This document shows, in pieces, positions 27,519-36,724 of a DNA stretch of 60,670 bases. Origin of the DNA: an uncultured Syntrophobacteraceae bacterium. GTDB lineage: Bacteria; Desulfobacterota; Syntrophobacteria; Syntrophobacterales; Syntrophobacteraceae. A model generated the notes under the pieces. It worked only from the letters and a program-made list of their open reading frames with translations, was not told the DNA's origin and did not search any database. The translations under genes were made by a program, and so were the position numbers. The DNA is taken from contig CAZGQL010000005.1 of the NCBI GenBank assembly GCA_964527905.1, forward strand, positions 1-60,670. The letters are read 5' to 3'. Position 1 is the stretch's first letter. The number at the start of each line of letters is the position of its first letter.

Positions 27519-28289
27519 ATGCGATCCATGGAGCGTCCCATCGCCCGAAAAGCCATCGAAGCCAACCCTCAGGGGGGCGAGTCGCCCGAAGACGCCCTTT
27601 TCAATTCTTCCAGCGGTGATCCGCTGCTGAGTTTTTCAAACGACGAGGATCTTGACCGGTTGCCCAGTCTCGATGAGGGAGACGGCGAAGGGGATTCGTT
27701 TCCCAAGTATTCCCTAGATGACTTTCCGCTCTCCGAACCCCCGGCGGCGGCCCAAGATCCCTCAAAGGGCGACTCAAGTGCGGCGCGGCCGACGACGAAT
27801 CGATGGGCATCCATGCTCGGAATGGGGTTCCTCGCAAACGTCAGGGCCAGAAAAATCTGTCTGATCGTGCTGAGCGTGTTGGTTGTCGCGTCGGGTGTCG
27901 GGGTTACGGTACGGCACTACAAGTCCACTCCTTCAGTTCCCAAAGTGGATCGTGTGATCAACAAGTCGCTCAAGCGCTCCATCACGGTTCCGGACTATCG
28001 GGAACAGGTGGAACTGCTCGTTTTTGTCGGAGGCGAACAGGACAGGCGGCTGGTGGCTATGCAGCTGGAGTTCGGTTTTATCGCTGAAAATGCATTCCAG
28101 GACTTCCAAAAGGACATCGTTCGTTTCCGAGATCTATCCTATCAGTTCGTCAGCAGGGAGCAGCCGGTCAGGAACACGCAAAAAGGCTGGCAAGATATCG
28201 TCGAAAAGAAGCTGGCGGCCTATCTCAAAGCCAGCCAACCGAAAAGCGGCCTCCAATCGGTTCGTATAGCTCATTGGGAACGCCTGTAG
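27519..28289 (+). CDS. Uncharacterised single-pass membrane protein in the fliA-flgF interval
   Basis: Acidic N-terminus, one TM (ICLIVLSVLVVASGVGVTV), then a roughly 120-aa C-terminal domain (VELLVFVGGEQDRRLVAMQLEFGFIAENAF...). An alternative ATG is at 27528. No family was recognised with confidence; the topology is FliL-like. Confidence 0.55.
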   Translation: MRSMERPIARKAIEANPQGGESPEDALFNSSSGDPLLSFSNDEDLDRLPSLDEGDGEGDSFPKYSLDDFPLSEPPAAAQDPSKGDSSAARPTTNRWASMLGMGFLANVRARKICLIVLSVLVVASGVGVTVRHYKSTPSVPKVDRVINKSLKRSITVPDYREQVELLVFVGGEQDRRLVAMQLEFGFIAENAFQDFQKDIVRFRDLSYQFVSREQPVRNTQKGWQDIVEKKLAAYLKASQPKSGLQSVRIAHWERL

Positions 28290-28310
28290 GAGCCGGACCC
28301 GGACAACGTC

Positions 28311-28793
28311 ATGAATCTGCTTGTGGAATGGTTTAGCGAATCGTCGAACCTCACCTCGGTCCTGCAGCTCATGCTGGATCTCAGCCTGTTGATCCTGGTG
28401 GTTTACCTCCTGAGGCGCCGTCCTAAAGCCTCTGTCCCTTCGCTCGACGTGGCGGAATCCATTGAGAAGGTCATCGCCGAGACCAAGGAAATCGCCGAAT
28501 CCTTCGATGCCAACCTTCAGGAGCGTCAGAAGCTGATCCAGCAGCTGCTGCGGAAACTCGATCAACAATTGGAGGAAGGCCGAAAGGTTTGTCAAAAACT
28601 GCAACAGCTTCAAGAAAACCTTCCGAATTTCCCCCCTGTTGGCTTAGTGTCTCAGCCCGCCACCGACCAATTGGACATCCTCATGCTTGCCAAGAAGGGG
28701 CTGGACGCCGCGGCCATCGCCAAACGTTTGCAAAAGCCCGTGGGAGAGGTCGAACTGGTCCTCAAGCTGCAGCAGATCCACCCCGACCGATGA
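28311..28793 (+). CDS. Uncharacterised membrane-anchored coiled-coil protein with a C-terminal HTH-like segment (possibly DUF2802-like)
   Basis: TM LTSVLQLMLDLSLLILVVYLL, a heptad-rich middle, and C-terminal LDILMLAKKGLDAAAIAKRLQKPVGEVELVLKLQQ. Confidence 0.55.
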   Translation: MNLLVEWFSESSNLTSVLQLMLDLSLLILVVYLLRRRPKASVPSLDVAESIEKVIAETKEIAESFDANLQERQKLIQQLLRKLDQQLEEGRKVCQKLQQLQENLPNFPPVGLVSQPATDQLDILMLAKKGLDAAAIAKRLQKPVGEVELVLKLQQIHPDR

Positions 28794-28940
28794 GTCGTTC
28801 CCGCGTCGCGGCGCCATGCGGAAAGCAAGGAATTATTTGCCGCGGCTCGGAAGACTTGATCCTCCCTCATTCTCCTCCCTCTCAAGCGTCCCTCGCCGCT
28901 CCGGCCACGCTGCACCACCCTGGCCCCAATCCGGCACAAC

Positions 28941-28955
28941 TGGCATTCTCATTGC
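28941..28955 (+). promoter_or_regulatory. sigma54 promoter upstream of flgF: TGGCATTCTCATTGC
   Basis: Exact -24/-12 spacing, 29 nt upstream of the flgF ATG. Confidence 0.7.
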
Positions 28956-28983
28956 TAACTCTCCCGGTGAAGGGAGTGAGACC

Positions 28984-29661
28984 ATGAGAATCGGATACTA
29001 CGCGGCGGCTTTGGGTTCCTTAGAACAGGAAAAGCGTTTGGATGTCATTGCCAACAACCTGTCCAACGCCGGCACGGCGGGATTCAAGCGGGACGGGGTT
29101 TACTTCAAAGGCATTCTCGATCAGTGCACCTATACACAGATGACCCAGGGGCGGGTGAGGCAGACCAACAACCCTCTGGATGTGGCGCTCAACGGCGAAG
29201 GCTATTTTCGAGTCAAGTCGGATCAGGGAATCCTCTTCACTCGCGCCGGGAACTTTACCCTCAGCAAGGACAAGACGCTGGTCACGCAACAGGGTTGGCC
29301 GGTGCTCGGCAAGAATGGACAGCCCATCCGGGTCGAGACATCCAATCTGCGCATTGAGGAAAATGGTCAGGTGTTTGACGATGGGAACGAAGTGGACGTT
29401 TTGGACATCGTCAGATTTCCGCCGGGCACTCGACTCGAGAAAGCCCGAAATGGGCTTTTCACGCCGCCTCCGGGTGTGGCGCCGATCCCGGCAACGGACA
29501 TCAGCGTCTACCAGGGATCCCTCGAGGACGCCAACCTCGAGATGGTTTCCGAAATGGCTCAACTGATTGAAACCATGCGTACATTTGAATCGCATCAAAA
29601 GACACTGCAGTTCCTGGAGCAGCTGGATTCACAGATCACGAGCAAACTGGGCAGCATATGA
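28984..29661 (+). CDS. flgF: Flagellar proximal rod protein FlgF (225 aa)
   Basis: MRIGYYAAALGSLEQEKRLDVIANNLSNAGTAGFKRDG... and C-terminal GSLEDANLEMVSEMAQLIETMRTFESHQKTLQ. GAAGGGAG SD. Confidence 0.85.
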   Translation: MRIGYYAAALGSLEQEKRLDVIANNLSNAGTAGFKRDGVYFKGILDQCTYTQMTQGRVRQTNNPLDVALNGEGYFRVKSDQGILFTRAGNFTLSKDKTLVTQQGWPVLGKNGQPIRVETSNLRIEENGQVFDDGNEVDVLDIVRFPPGTRLEKARNGLFTPPPGVAPIPATDISVYQGSLEDANLEMVSEMAQLIETMRTFESHQKTLQFLEQLDSQITSKLGSI

Positions 29662-29725
29662 GTGCTCAGTTGGTGTGAACCCTCTCATCGCGTTCCATCA
29701 TCGGAAACATAAGGGAGTTCTGCAC

Positions 29726-30508
29726 ATGATTCGGAGTCTCATGACGGCCGCCACTGGGATGGCCGCACAGCAGTTGAACATGGATACCATCGCGCACAAC
29801 CTCGCCAATGCCAGCACGACGGGTTTCAAGCGGGGCAGGGCCAATTTCGAGGACTTGATGTACGAGACCATCGTTCCGCCGGGTGCCGAGACGGCCAGCG
29901 GCACGAAGACCCTCACGGGCATTCAGCTCGGGATGGGGGCCAAGTCTACGGCCGTTCAAAAGATTTACAGCCAGGGCAATTTCACCGAAACCGGCAATCC
30001 CTTGGATATCGCCATCGAGGGAAAGGGTTTCTTTAAGGTGATGCGGGGCTCCGAGGAAGTCTACACGAGGGCCGGGGCGTTCAAGCTGGACCAGGACGGG
30101 TATATCTGCGATGCGGAGGGAAACCGACTGCAGCCCGAAATCAGCCTGCCAGCCGGTGCGGCTGGGATCCACATCGATCCGGGTGGCAAGGTGACCGCCG
30201 TTGACCAGAGCGGGAAAGTCCTTGCCAGTCAGAACATCACCCTCTTTGACTTCGCCAACCCGGCGGGCTTGCTGAACATCGGTCGCAACTATGCCGTGCC
30301 CACGGACGCTTCCGGTGACGCGGAGTCCGGGGAGCCGGGGACGGAGCGCTTCGGAACCGTCCTGCAAGGCTTTCTTGAGAGCTCCAACATCAACGTCGTG
30401 GAAGAGATGGTGAACATGATCATGGGGCAGCGTGCCTATGAAGCCAATTCGAAGGTCATCAAGACGGCGGATGAAATGCTCCAGATCGCGAACAACGTCA
30501 AGGCGTAG
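29726..30508 (+). CDS. flgG: Flagellar distal rod protein FlgG
   Basis: MIRSLMTAATGMAAQQLNMDTIAHNLANASTTGFKRGRANFEDLMY... and LESSNINVVEEMVNMIMGQRAYEANSKVIKTADEML. Confidence 0.95.
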   Translation: MIRSLMTAATGMAAQQLNMDTIAHNLANASTTGFKRGRANFEDLMYETIVPPGAETASGTKTLTGIQLGMGAKSTAVQKIYSQGNFTETGNPLDIAIEGKGFFKVMRGSEEVYTRAGAFKLDQDGYICDAEGNRLQPEISLPAGAAGIHIDPGGKVTAVDQSGKVLASQNITLFDFANPAGLLNIGRNYAVPTDASGDAESGEPGTERFGTVLQGFLESSNINVVEEMVNMIMGQRAYEANSKVIKTADEMLQIANNVKA

Positions 30509-30513
30509 GCGGT

Positions 30514-31530
30514 ATGAGACACCGGACGATCCTCAGCATGTTTTTCTTCCTTGCCTGGGCCCTTCTTGAGGCAACGACGGGTGGTCGGGAGATAAGGGCT
30601 GCCTGGGCGGACGGCGGCAGCCTGAACCTGGAGATGACGAGCGAAGTCCAGGTCGAGCATCGGCGCGTGCGCCTCCTGGACTTGTTTCCCCGGGCAAGTG
30701 TCCCCGATGACGTACGAACGGTTCTTGCCAGAACCGACATTGGTGAAGCCCCCTCCGTAGGCTCGGAGAAGGTGATCCATCGGGATCAACTCAAGACCTA
30801 CCTGGGCCGCCTGCTGTCGCCCTTGGGCTATGACCAGGCGCGGGTCCAATTGAAAGGCCCGGAGAGCCTTATAGTACGGCGGGCGTCCGTTCAGGTCCCC
30901 CGGGAACGAATCGAAGCGATCTATCGGGAATTCATCGCCGCCAGGGCTCCGTGGGATGCCGCGGACGTGGTGGTGCGCGGGGTTTCGTTTTCGGGGGCCG
31001 CGGTGGAATTGCCCGCGGGCGACGTGAGCCATGAGGTCGTGGCCAACCCCAACGAGCGCTTCTTGGGCAACGTGGCCGTCACGATTCATTTTTTCGTGGA
31101 TGGAGAAAAGGAGCGCAGCGTTCGGGCCACCGGCAAAGTGGAGGTCTTCCGCAACGTTGTGCACGCCGTCAGAACCCTTCGACGCAACGAAGTGATTCAA
31201 GCCTCCGATGTCGAATATCTGAAGATCAACATTGCGGATGCGCCGGATCGATTCGCCACGCAATTGGACCAGGTGGTCGGCAAACGGATACTGCGTGAAG
31301 TGGGCTTTCATCAGCCGATGGCTCTCGCAGATCTGGACCAGCCCCTTGTCCTGAAACGCGGCGCCGCCGTGACCATCCTGTACGAGAAACCGGGGCTGAG
31401 GCTCTCGGCCAAAGGGCAGGCCAAGGAAGAAGGAGGCTCGGGGGATACCATCCGGGTCCTCAACGTGACGACCAACAAAATCGTCCTGTGCCAGATCGTC
31501 GACGAGACGACGGTACGGGCGGTGCCATAA
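30514..31530 (+). CDS. flgA: Flagellar P-ring assembly chaperone FlgA
   Basis: Signal peptide, then a C-terminal SAF/FlgA region (VVGKRILREVGFHQPMALADLDQPLVLKRGAAVTILYEKPGLRLSAKGQAKEEGGSGDTIRVLN). Confidence 0.85.
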   Translation: MRHRTILSMFFFLAWALLEATTGGREIRAAWADGGSLNLEMTSEVQVEHRRVRLLDLFPRASVPDDVRTVLARTDIGEAPSVGSEKVIHRDQLKTYLGRLLSPLGYDQARVQLKGPESLIVRRASVQVPRERIEAIYREFIAARAPWDAADVVVRGVSFSGAAVELPAGDVSHEVVANPNERFLGNVAVTIHFFVDGEKERSVRATGKVEVFRNVVHAVRTLRRNEVIQASDVEYLKINIADAPDRFATQLDQVVGKRILREVGFHQPMALADLDQPLVLKRGAAVTILYEKPGLRLSAKGQAKEEGGSGDTIRVLNVTTNKIVLCQIVDETTVRAVP

Positions 31531-31558
31531 GAAACGCGTCAGAAAGGGGACAGACTTC

Positions 31559-32347
31559 ATGAGAGAGACTGCCGTGCGACGAGCCGAAGGGCCTAGAGCA
31601 GACCACAGCGGAAGCGCCCGACATCCGCTGGCGGCAATGGGACTTGTTCTTGGAGTGCTCTGTTTTGGCTCGTGGGGATGCGTCACGACCCAAGACAGCC
31701 CACGCCAAGCCATGCCGGCCGCGCCTCCTCCTCCCTTCGTTGTATCCCAAGGCCAAGCACCCCCGGTTCCGGCCCCGGGTGGACGGGAGGCGCCGTCCGG
31801 ATCGCTCTGGAGCGAGAATTCGGGTTCCCTTTATCAGGACATCAAGGCCAAGCGGGTGGGGGACATCGTGACCATCACCGTGAGTGAGGAGTCCAAAGGG
31901 ACCAAGCAGGCTGCAACCAACACCAACAAGGACAAGTCCCTCGAGGGATCCATGAAATTCACGGGGTTTGCGACCAACGGGATGTCGAGTCCGGTCGGCG
32001 GCTTCACGTTTGGTCCCTATCAGGGGTCGTTCAAAAACGACTTCACCGGAAAGGGAACCACGACGCGCACGGATTCCATCTCCGCCTACATGACGGCGAC
32101 CGTGGTCGATGTGTTGCCCAACGGCAACCTGGTCATCCGAGGCTCGCGCTGGACGAAAGTCAACGATGAGATGCAGCAGACGATCCTAGAGGGCGTGGTT
32201 CGGCCTTCCGACATCACGCGCAACAACACGGTCCTGTCCCAGAACATCGCCGATGCCAAAATCTTTCTGGTCGGAAAGGGGCCTGTGAGCAACCAGCAGA
32301 AACCCGGCTGGCTCGGACAAATCATCGACGCCATTTTACCTTTCTAG
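31559..32347 (+). CDS. flgH: Flagellar L-ring lipoprotein FlgH
   Basis: Lipobox-like FGSWGC, then SLWSENSGSLYQDIKAKRVGDIVTITVSEES... Confidence 0.9.
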   Translation: MRETAVRRAEGPRADHSGSARHPLAAMGLVLGVLCFGSWGCVTTQDSPRQAMPAAPPPPFVVSQGQAPPVPAPGGREAPSGSLWSENSGSLYQDIKAKRVGDIVTITVSEESKGTKQAATNTNKDKSLEGSMKFTGFATNGMSSPVGGFTFGPYQGSFKNDFTGKGTTTRTDSISAYMTATVVDVLPNGNLVIRGSRWTKVNDEMQQTILEGVVRPSDITRNNTVLSQNIADAKIFLVGKGPVSNQQKPGWLGQIIDAILPF

Positions 32348-32357
32348 TGGGTGTCCC

Positions 32358-33467
32358 ATGATCACACGCCTGTTTGCATCCCTAGCGGCGGTCATCCTTC
32401 TGGTCCATGGGACGGCCGTCGATGCGAAAGCTGCCCGTATCAAGGACATCGCCTCCTTCCGTGGGACGGCGACCAACCCGCTCATCGGATATGGGCTGGT
32501 TGTGGGTTTGAACGGAACCGGCGACAAGGACAAGACCATCTTCACGGTGAGCACGCTGGCCAACCTTCTCGACAACAAGGGCATCCACGTCGATCCGGTT
32601 CTGGTCAAGGTCAAGAACGTCGCCGCCGTGATGGTGACGGCGAAGCTGCCTCCGTTCGCCCGCGTGGGGAGCCGGATCGATGTTCAGGTCTCATCCATCG
32701 GCGATGCCAAGAGCCTGGAAGGGGGGACGCTTCTCATGACGCCGCTCCAGGGTCCCGACGGGCGAACCTATGCCGTCGTCCAGGGGCCCATCTCTGTCGG
32801 GGGGTTCAGCGCGGGGGGCCAGAGTGGCACGAGCACCCAGAAGAACCATCCTACCGTGGGATTCATCGCTGGAGGAGGGACAGTCGAAAAAGAGCTACCC
32901 GGCCAGTATGACAATGTCCGAGTGCTGGATCTCGTCTTGAAAACCCCTGACTTCACCACTGCCAAGAAGGTTGTAGCAGGGATCAATCAGGTCATGGGGA
33001 CAGGCTGTGCCAAGGCGATCGATGCGGCCAGCATTCGCCTCCAAATCCCTCCGAGTCACGAGGAGCGAATTGTCGAGATGATGACGGAGCTGGAAAACAT
33101 CGAAATCCAGCCGGAAGCAGTCGCGAAGGTGGTCGTGAACGAACGCACGGGGACCATAGTCATGGGTGAAAAGGTGCGCATCTCCCCCGTGGCCGTCGCC
33201 CATGGAAACCTTACGGTCCAGGTGACGGAACAGTCGAATGTCTCTCAACCCATGCCGTTCAGCAAGGGACAGACCGCTGTGACGCCCGAGAGCAAAGTGG
33301 AAGTGCAGGAGCAAAAAGGATCCCTCGCCGTCATCGGGGGTGGAGTCACCATCGGAGAGGTGGTGCACGGCATCAATTCCATAGGAGCCACACCGCGGGA
33401 TCTCATCAATATCTTACAGGCCATCAAAGCGGCCGGGGCGCTCCAGGCTGAGCTTGAAATCATCTAG
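32358..33467 (+). CDS. flgI: Flagellar P-ring protein FlgI
   Basis: ARIKDIASFRGTATNPLIGYGLVVGLNGTGDK... Confidence 0.95.
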   Translation: MITRLFASLAAVILLVHGTAVDAKAARIKDIASFRGTATNPLIGYGLVVGLNGTGDKDKTIFTVSTLANLLDNKGIHVDPVLVKVKNVAAVMVTAKLPPFARVGSRIDVQVSSIGDAKSLEGGTLLMTPLQGPDGRTYAVVQGPISVGGFSAGGQSGTSTQKNHPTVGFIAGGGTVEKELPGQYDNVRVLDLVLKTPDFTTAKKVVAGINQVMGTGCAKAIDAASIRLQIPPSHEERIVEMMTELENIEIQPEAVAKVVVNERTGTIVMGEKVRISPVAVAHGNLTVQVTEQSNVSQPMPFSKGQTAVTPESKVEVQEQKGSLAVIGGGVTIGEVVHGINSIGATPRDLINILQAIKAAGALQAELEII

Positions 33468-33476
33468 AGGAATCTC

Positions 33477-33785
33477 ATGATCGAATCCGTCCAAGGCACA
33501 AGCCAAAGTGGGTCAGTCTCGCAGGTCGAAGCCGAGAAGCAGCGTCTCAGGAAGGCATGCCAGGAATTCGAATCCATCATGAACCAGTATATGCTCAAGT
33601 CCATGCGGCAGACAGTCGTGCGGGCCGAGGAGCCCGGGCAAGGGCGCGAGATCTACGAGGAAATGATGGATGAGGCGTTGGCCTCGGAGATGAGCAAATG
33701 CGGTGGGAAGGGCCTCTCGGAGCTGCTCTATCATCAGCTGGCGCCCATGATTCATCAGGGGCGTGGTACCCCGAACGAGGCCTGA
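33477..33785 (+). CDS. flgJ: FlgJ-type rod-binding protein (rod-binding domain only, no muramidase domain)
   Basis: A 102-aa protein (QRLRKACQEFESIMNQYMLKSMRQT...EEMMDEALASEMSKCGGKGLSELLYHQL). Confidence 0.8.
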   Translation: MIESVQGTSQSGSVSQVEAEKQRLRKACQEFESIMNQYMLKSMRQTVVRAEEPGQGREIYEEMMDEALASEMSKCGGKGLSELLYHQLAPMIHQGRGTPNEA

Positions 33786-33817
33786 AGCGGTCGCCGGTGG
33801 ACAGGGTGCAGGAAGAG

Positions 33818-33845
33818 TCAAGGACCAAAGTGAAGCTGCCGATAG
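33818..33845 (+). promoter_or_regulatory. sigma28 promoter upstream of flgN-flgK-flgL: TCAAG-N15-GCCGATAG
   Basis: TCAA (33818-33821), a 16-nt spacer and GCCGATAG (33838-33845). Same architecture as four other sites in this window. Confidence 0.7.
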
Positions 33846-33892
33846 CACAAATGACGCAGGTGCATCTCGAACTAGCACGAAAGGGATATCGC

Positions 33893-34369
33893 ATGGCGAG
33901 CCAGGATCGCTCCACTTGCGGGCATAGCCAGATCTTGCCCCAGGCGCACTCGGATGCCGCCGCCGGCAGTCGGTTGCACGAATGCAGCCGACGCGCCGAT
34001 GAAATCATCGATTTGCTGGAAGAGGAATCATCGGCGCTCCGAAGCTTCAACGGATCCCAGTTGATGCATCTTCTCGCCAAGAAGGAACATCTCTTCAACG
34101 AGCTCAAACGGCAGGTGGAATCCCTGGCCTCCGAACCGACCTTCGATGAGGTGGCAGAGACGGAACCGGGACGAGCTCGATTGAGGGACCGGCTGAGGCG
34201 GATTGCCGTTCTGAACGAGGACAACCGGATCTTTATCCAGAACACGCTTGCCCACTACGAGGACTTCCTGAACTGTCTCTGCCCTTCCCCTTATGGCCGC
34301 GGCCAGGAGGGTCGTGCCGAGCGAACGCCTGTCGCCGTGCGAGGCATGGCGTTCACAAAGGAGATGTGA
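33893..34369 (+). CDS. flgN: FlgN-like flagellar export chaperone (by position and helical character)
   Basis: A 158-aa helical protein immediately upstream of flgK. The start at 33893 follows AAGGGA. The earlier ATG at 33851 would lie only 6 nt after the predicted -10 element. Confidence 0.5.
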   Translation: MASQDRSTCGHSQILPQAHSDAAAGSRLHECSRRADEIIDLLEEESSALRSFNGSQLMHLLAKKEHLFNELKRQVESLASEPTFDEVAETEPGRARLRDRLRRIAVLNEDNRIFIQNTLAHYEDFLNCLCPSPYGRGQEGRAERTPVAVRGMAFTKEM

Positions 34370-34370
34370 C

Positions 34371-35783
34371 ATGCCCGGCCTTCAGCATTGTCTGGAGATT
34401 TCAAAGGGGACCATCCTCAATACCCAGGCGCAGATCCAGACCATCTCCCACAATATCGCCAATGCGGACCAGAAGACTTACGCCCGCCAGCAAGCGGTTC
34501 AAGTCACCAACCCGGCTTTGCTCGCCCGGGATATCTGGTTCGGTACCGGGGCGACGCTGGATCGCGTGGTGCAGCAACGCGACCAGTTCGTCGAACGGCG
34601 CCTGCTCGATGCCATCTCCAAAGAGGCAGACTACAAAGCGCGTTCCATGCACTTCGGGATTGTCAGTAATTATCTGGCTGACAACGGAGACAGTGGCATT
34701 TCCAAAATCCTGGGGCAGTTTTGGGATTCCTGGGAAGCCCTGAATCTCAATCCGACCGGTGCTTCCGAAAAAACAAATGTGTCGCAGATCGCGGAACAAC
34801 TGGCGGATGTGGTGGGGCAGACCTATGAGCGTCTCGTCAGCAACGCTCAAGAGATCGAAAACCAAGTCCAGGGAGACGTCACGAAGGTCAATTCCCTGCT
34901 CTCACAGATAGCTGAATACAATGGCGAAATTGTCAAGAAACAGTTCGGCGGCCAGCAGATGCCCAATGATTTGATGGACTTGCGCTACAAGGCATTGACC
35001 GAGCTGGCGCAATTGCTGCCTGTGAAGTATACCGAAGAACCCAATGGATCGATCACCGTGGCGGTGCAGGACTATTCGTCGAGCATCACGTTGGTTTCCG
35101 GGACGCAGGCGGGAAGCCTTTCCTATGACGCAACGAACCACCGCGTCGTCTACGCGGACGCCCAGGATCCGCCAAGTTCCTTTCCCGCATCGGGAGATCC
35201 ATCGGGCAATACCCTAAGCGGAGGCGAGATTCAGGGCCTGCTCCAAGTTTACCAGACCGTGGGAACCGCCCACGACCTCGCATTCACGTTGGCGAATCCC
35301 AACGATCCATCCCTGACCTACCTCGATCGGCTCAACGCTTTCGCCGCCACACTGATTACGTCCGTCAACGCGGTCCACACTCAGAACGGCGGCTCCAAGG
35401 TGTTCGACGACAGCTCCCTCGGTGCCGCTTTCAAGGCGAGTGATCTCAAAGTTGACTCCGGCTTTCAGCCTAACGGGGCCGAAGCGCTCAACATCGCGGA
35501 TCTCCAGCATCAGACCAGGACGGAACTGGGCGGGGTGGATTTTGGACAATACCTCAGCGGAACACAGAGCCGCATCGGGCTGCAACAGCGCCAGGCGACA
35601 ACGCAGCTTGAATTCCAAAGCACCCTACGGCTGCAGCTTGAGGCGGAACAACAATCCGCATCGGGAGTCTCGATCGATGAGGAAATGGTCGACCTCTTGA
35701 GGCAACAACAGATTTACCAAGCTGCGGCGAAGATCATCTCGCACACGGCCGAAATGCTCGACGCCGTCATCAACATGGTCTAG
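34371..35783 (+). CDS. flgK: Flagellar hook-associated protein 1 FlgK
   Basis: ISKGTILNTQAQIQTISHNIANADQKTYARQ... and C-terminal GVSIDEEMVDLLRQQQIYQAAAKIISHTAEMLDAVINM. AAGGAG SD. Confidence 0.9.
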   Translation: MPGLQHCLEISKGTILNTQAQIQTISHNIANADQKTYARQQAVQVTNPALLARDIWFGTGATLDRVVQQRDQFVERRLLDAISKEADYKARSMHFGIVSNYLADNGDSGISKILGQFWDSWEALNLNPTGASEKTNVSQIAEQLADVVGQTYERLVSNAQEIENQVQGDVTKVNSLLSQIAEYNGEIVKKQFGGQQMPNDLMDLRYKALTELAQLLPVKYTEEPNGSITVAVQDYSSSITLVSGTQAGSLSYDATNHRVVYADAQDPPSSFPASGDPSGNTLSGGEIQGLLQVYQTVGTAHDLAFTLANPNDPSLTYLDRLNAFAATLITSVNAVHTQNGGSKVFDDSSLGAAFKASDLKVDSGFQPNGAEALNIADLQHQTRTELGGVDFGQYLSGTQSRIGLQQRQATTQLEFQSTLRLQLEAEQQSASGVSIDEEMVDLLRQQQIYQAAAKIISHTAEMLDAVINMV

Positions 35784-35797
35784 AGAACGAGGGAACC

Positions 35798-36694
35798 ATG
35801 CGTCTCACGTTTGCTTTGAACTACGACAGGATGAATCAAAATATCCAGCTCCGTCAGGAAAGTCTGGCCCGGATCACCACGATGGCGTCCTCTGGCAAGC
35901 GTCTGGAGCGCCCCGCGGATGATCCCCTCGCCTGGGCCCAGGCGATGGACCTCAAACAAGGCCTCAGGGAGCTCGACGCCATCGAACGGAACCTCAACCA
36001 CGGCGTTCAATGGAATCGGGCCACCGAAAACGCGCTCAACTCGATTTCCGACTTGCTGATTCGGGCGAAGGAAGCTGGAATGCGCTTCTCGAGCGCCGCC
36101 ACAAACGAAGCGCGAGCGGGGCTCGTGCAAGAGATGGAGCAGATCACCGAAGAGGTTTACAACCTCGCCAACTCGCGTTTTGGAGATCAGTATCTGTTCA
36201 GCGGGAAGACAACTTCGATCCAACCTTTCCAGGTCGGGAATCCAACCACCTATTTCGGGGACGACTCGGGGGATCTCGAGGTGCGGGCAGGGGCGTCACA
36301 GCGTCAAAAGATCAATCTCGGGGGCGGGACGGTCTTCTTTGTGGACCCTACGGACCCCAATTCGAGCCTTTTCAAGACCTTGACGGATCTCAAAACGGCC
36401 ATGGAAACAGGGGATGCGGATCAGGTCCGCACGGGGCTCGCAGCACTCGATGCCGCCTTCAGTCACATCACGGCGATGCAGACGAAGGTCGGCGCCCGGC
36501 TCAACCAACTGGAGGAGAAGTTGACGAGTCTAACGAACCTCAAGACGGACCGGACGAGTGTCCTGGCCGAGACGGAAGAGGCGGATATGGTTGATGTCCT
36601 CACGCAACTGCAGCAAAAAAGGACCGCTCTTGAAGCCGCGCTCCGCGTAACCACTTATGCCGACAATCTGAATTTGACCCAGTACCTGAGATAG
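35798..36694 (+). CDS. flgL: Flagellar hook-associated protein 3 FlgL
   Basis: Flagellin-like N-terminus (MASSGKRLERPADDPLAWAQAM) and C-terminus (EEADMVDVLTQLQQKRTALEAALRVT), following flgK. Confidence 0.85.
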   Translation: MRLTFALNYDRMNQNIQLRQESLARITTMASSGKRLERPADDPLAWAQAMDLKQGLRELDAIERNLNHGVQWNRATENALNSISDLLIRAKEAGMRFSSAATNEARAGLVQEMEQITEEVYNLANSRFGDQYLFSGKTTSIQPFQVGNPTTYFGDDSGDLEVRAGASQRQKINLGGGTVFFVDPTDPNSSLFKTLTDLKTAMETGDADQVRTGLAALDAAFSHITAMQTKVGARLNQLEEKLTSLTNLKTDRTSVLAETEEADMVDVLTQLQQKRTALEAALRVTTYADNLNLTQYLR

Positions 36695-36724
36695 TTGCCG
36701 AAGCGGTCCCAATCCTCGGGTCCA

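Noticed and set aside
33851-33892. Earlier ATG (33851) as the start of the flgN-like gene
   Set aside because: It has no SD and would lie only 6 nt downstream of the predicted sigma28 -10 box. ATG 33893 follows AAGGGA.
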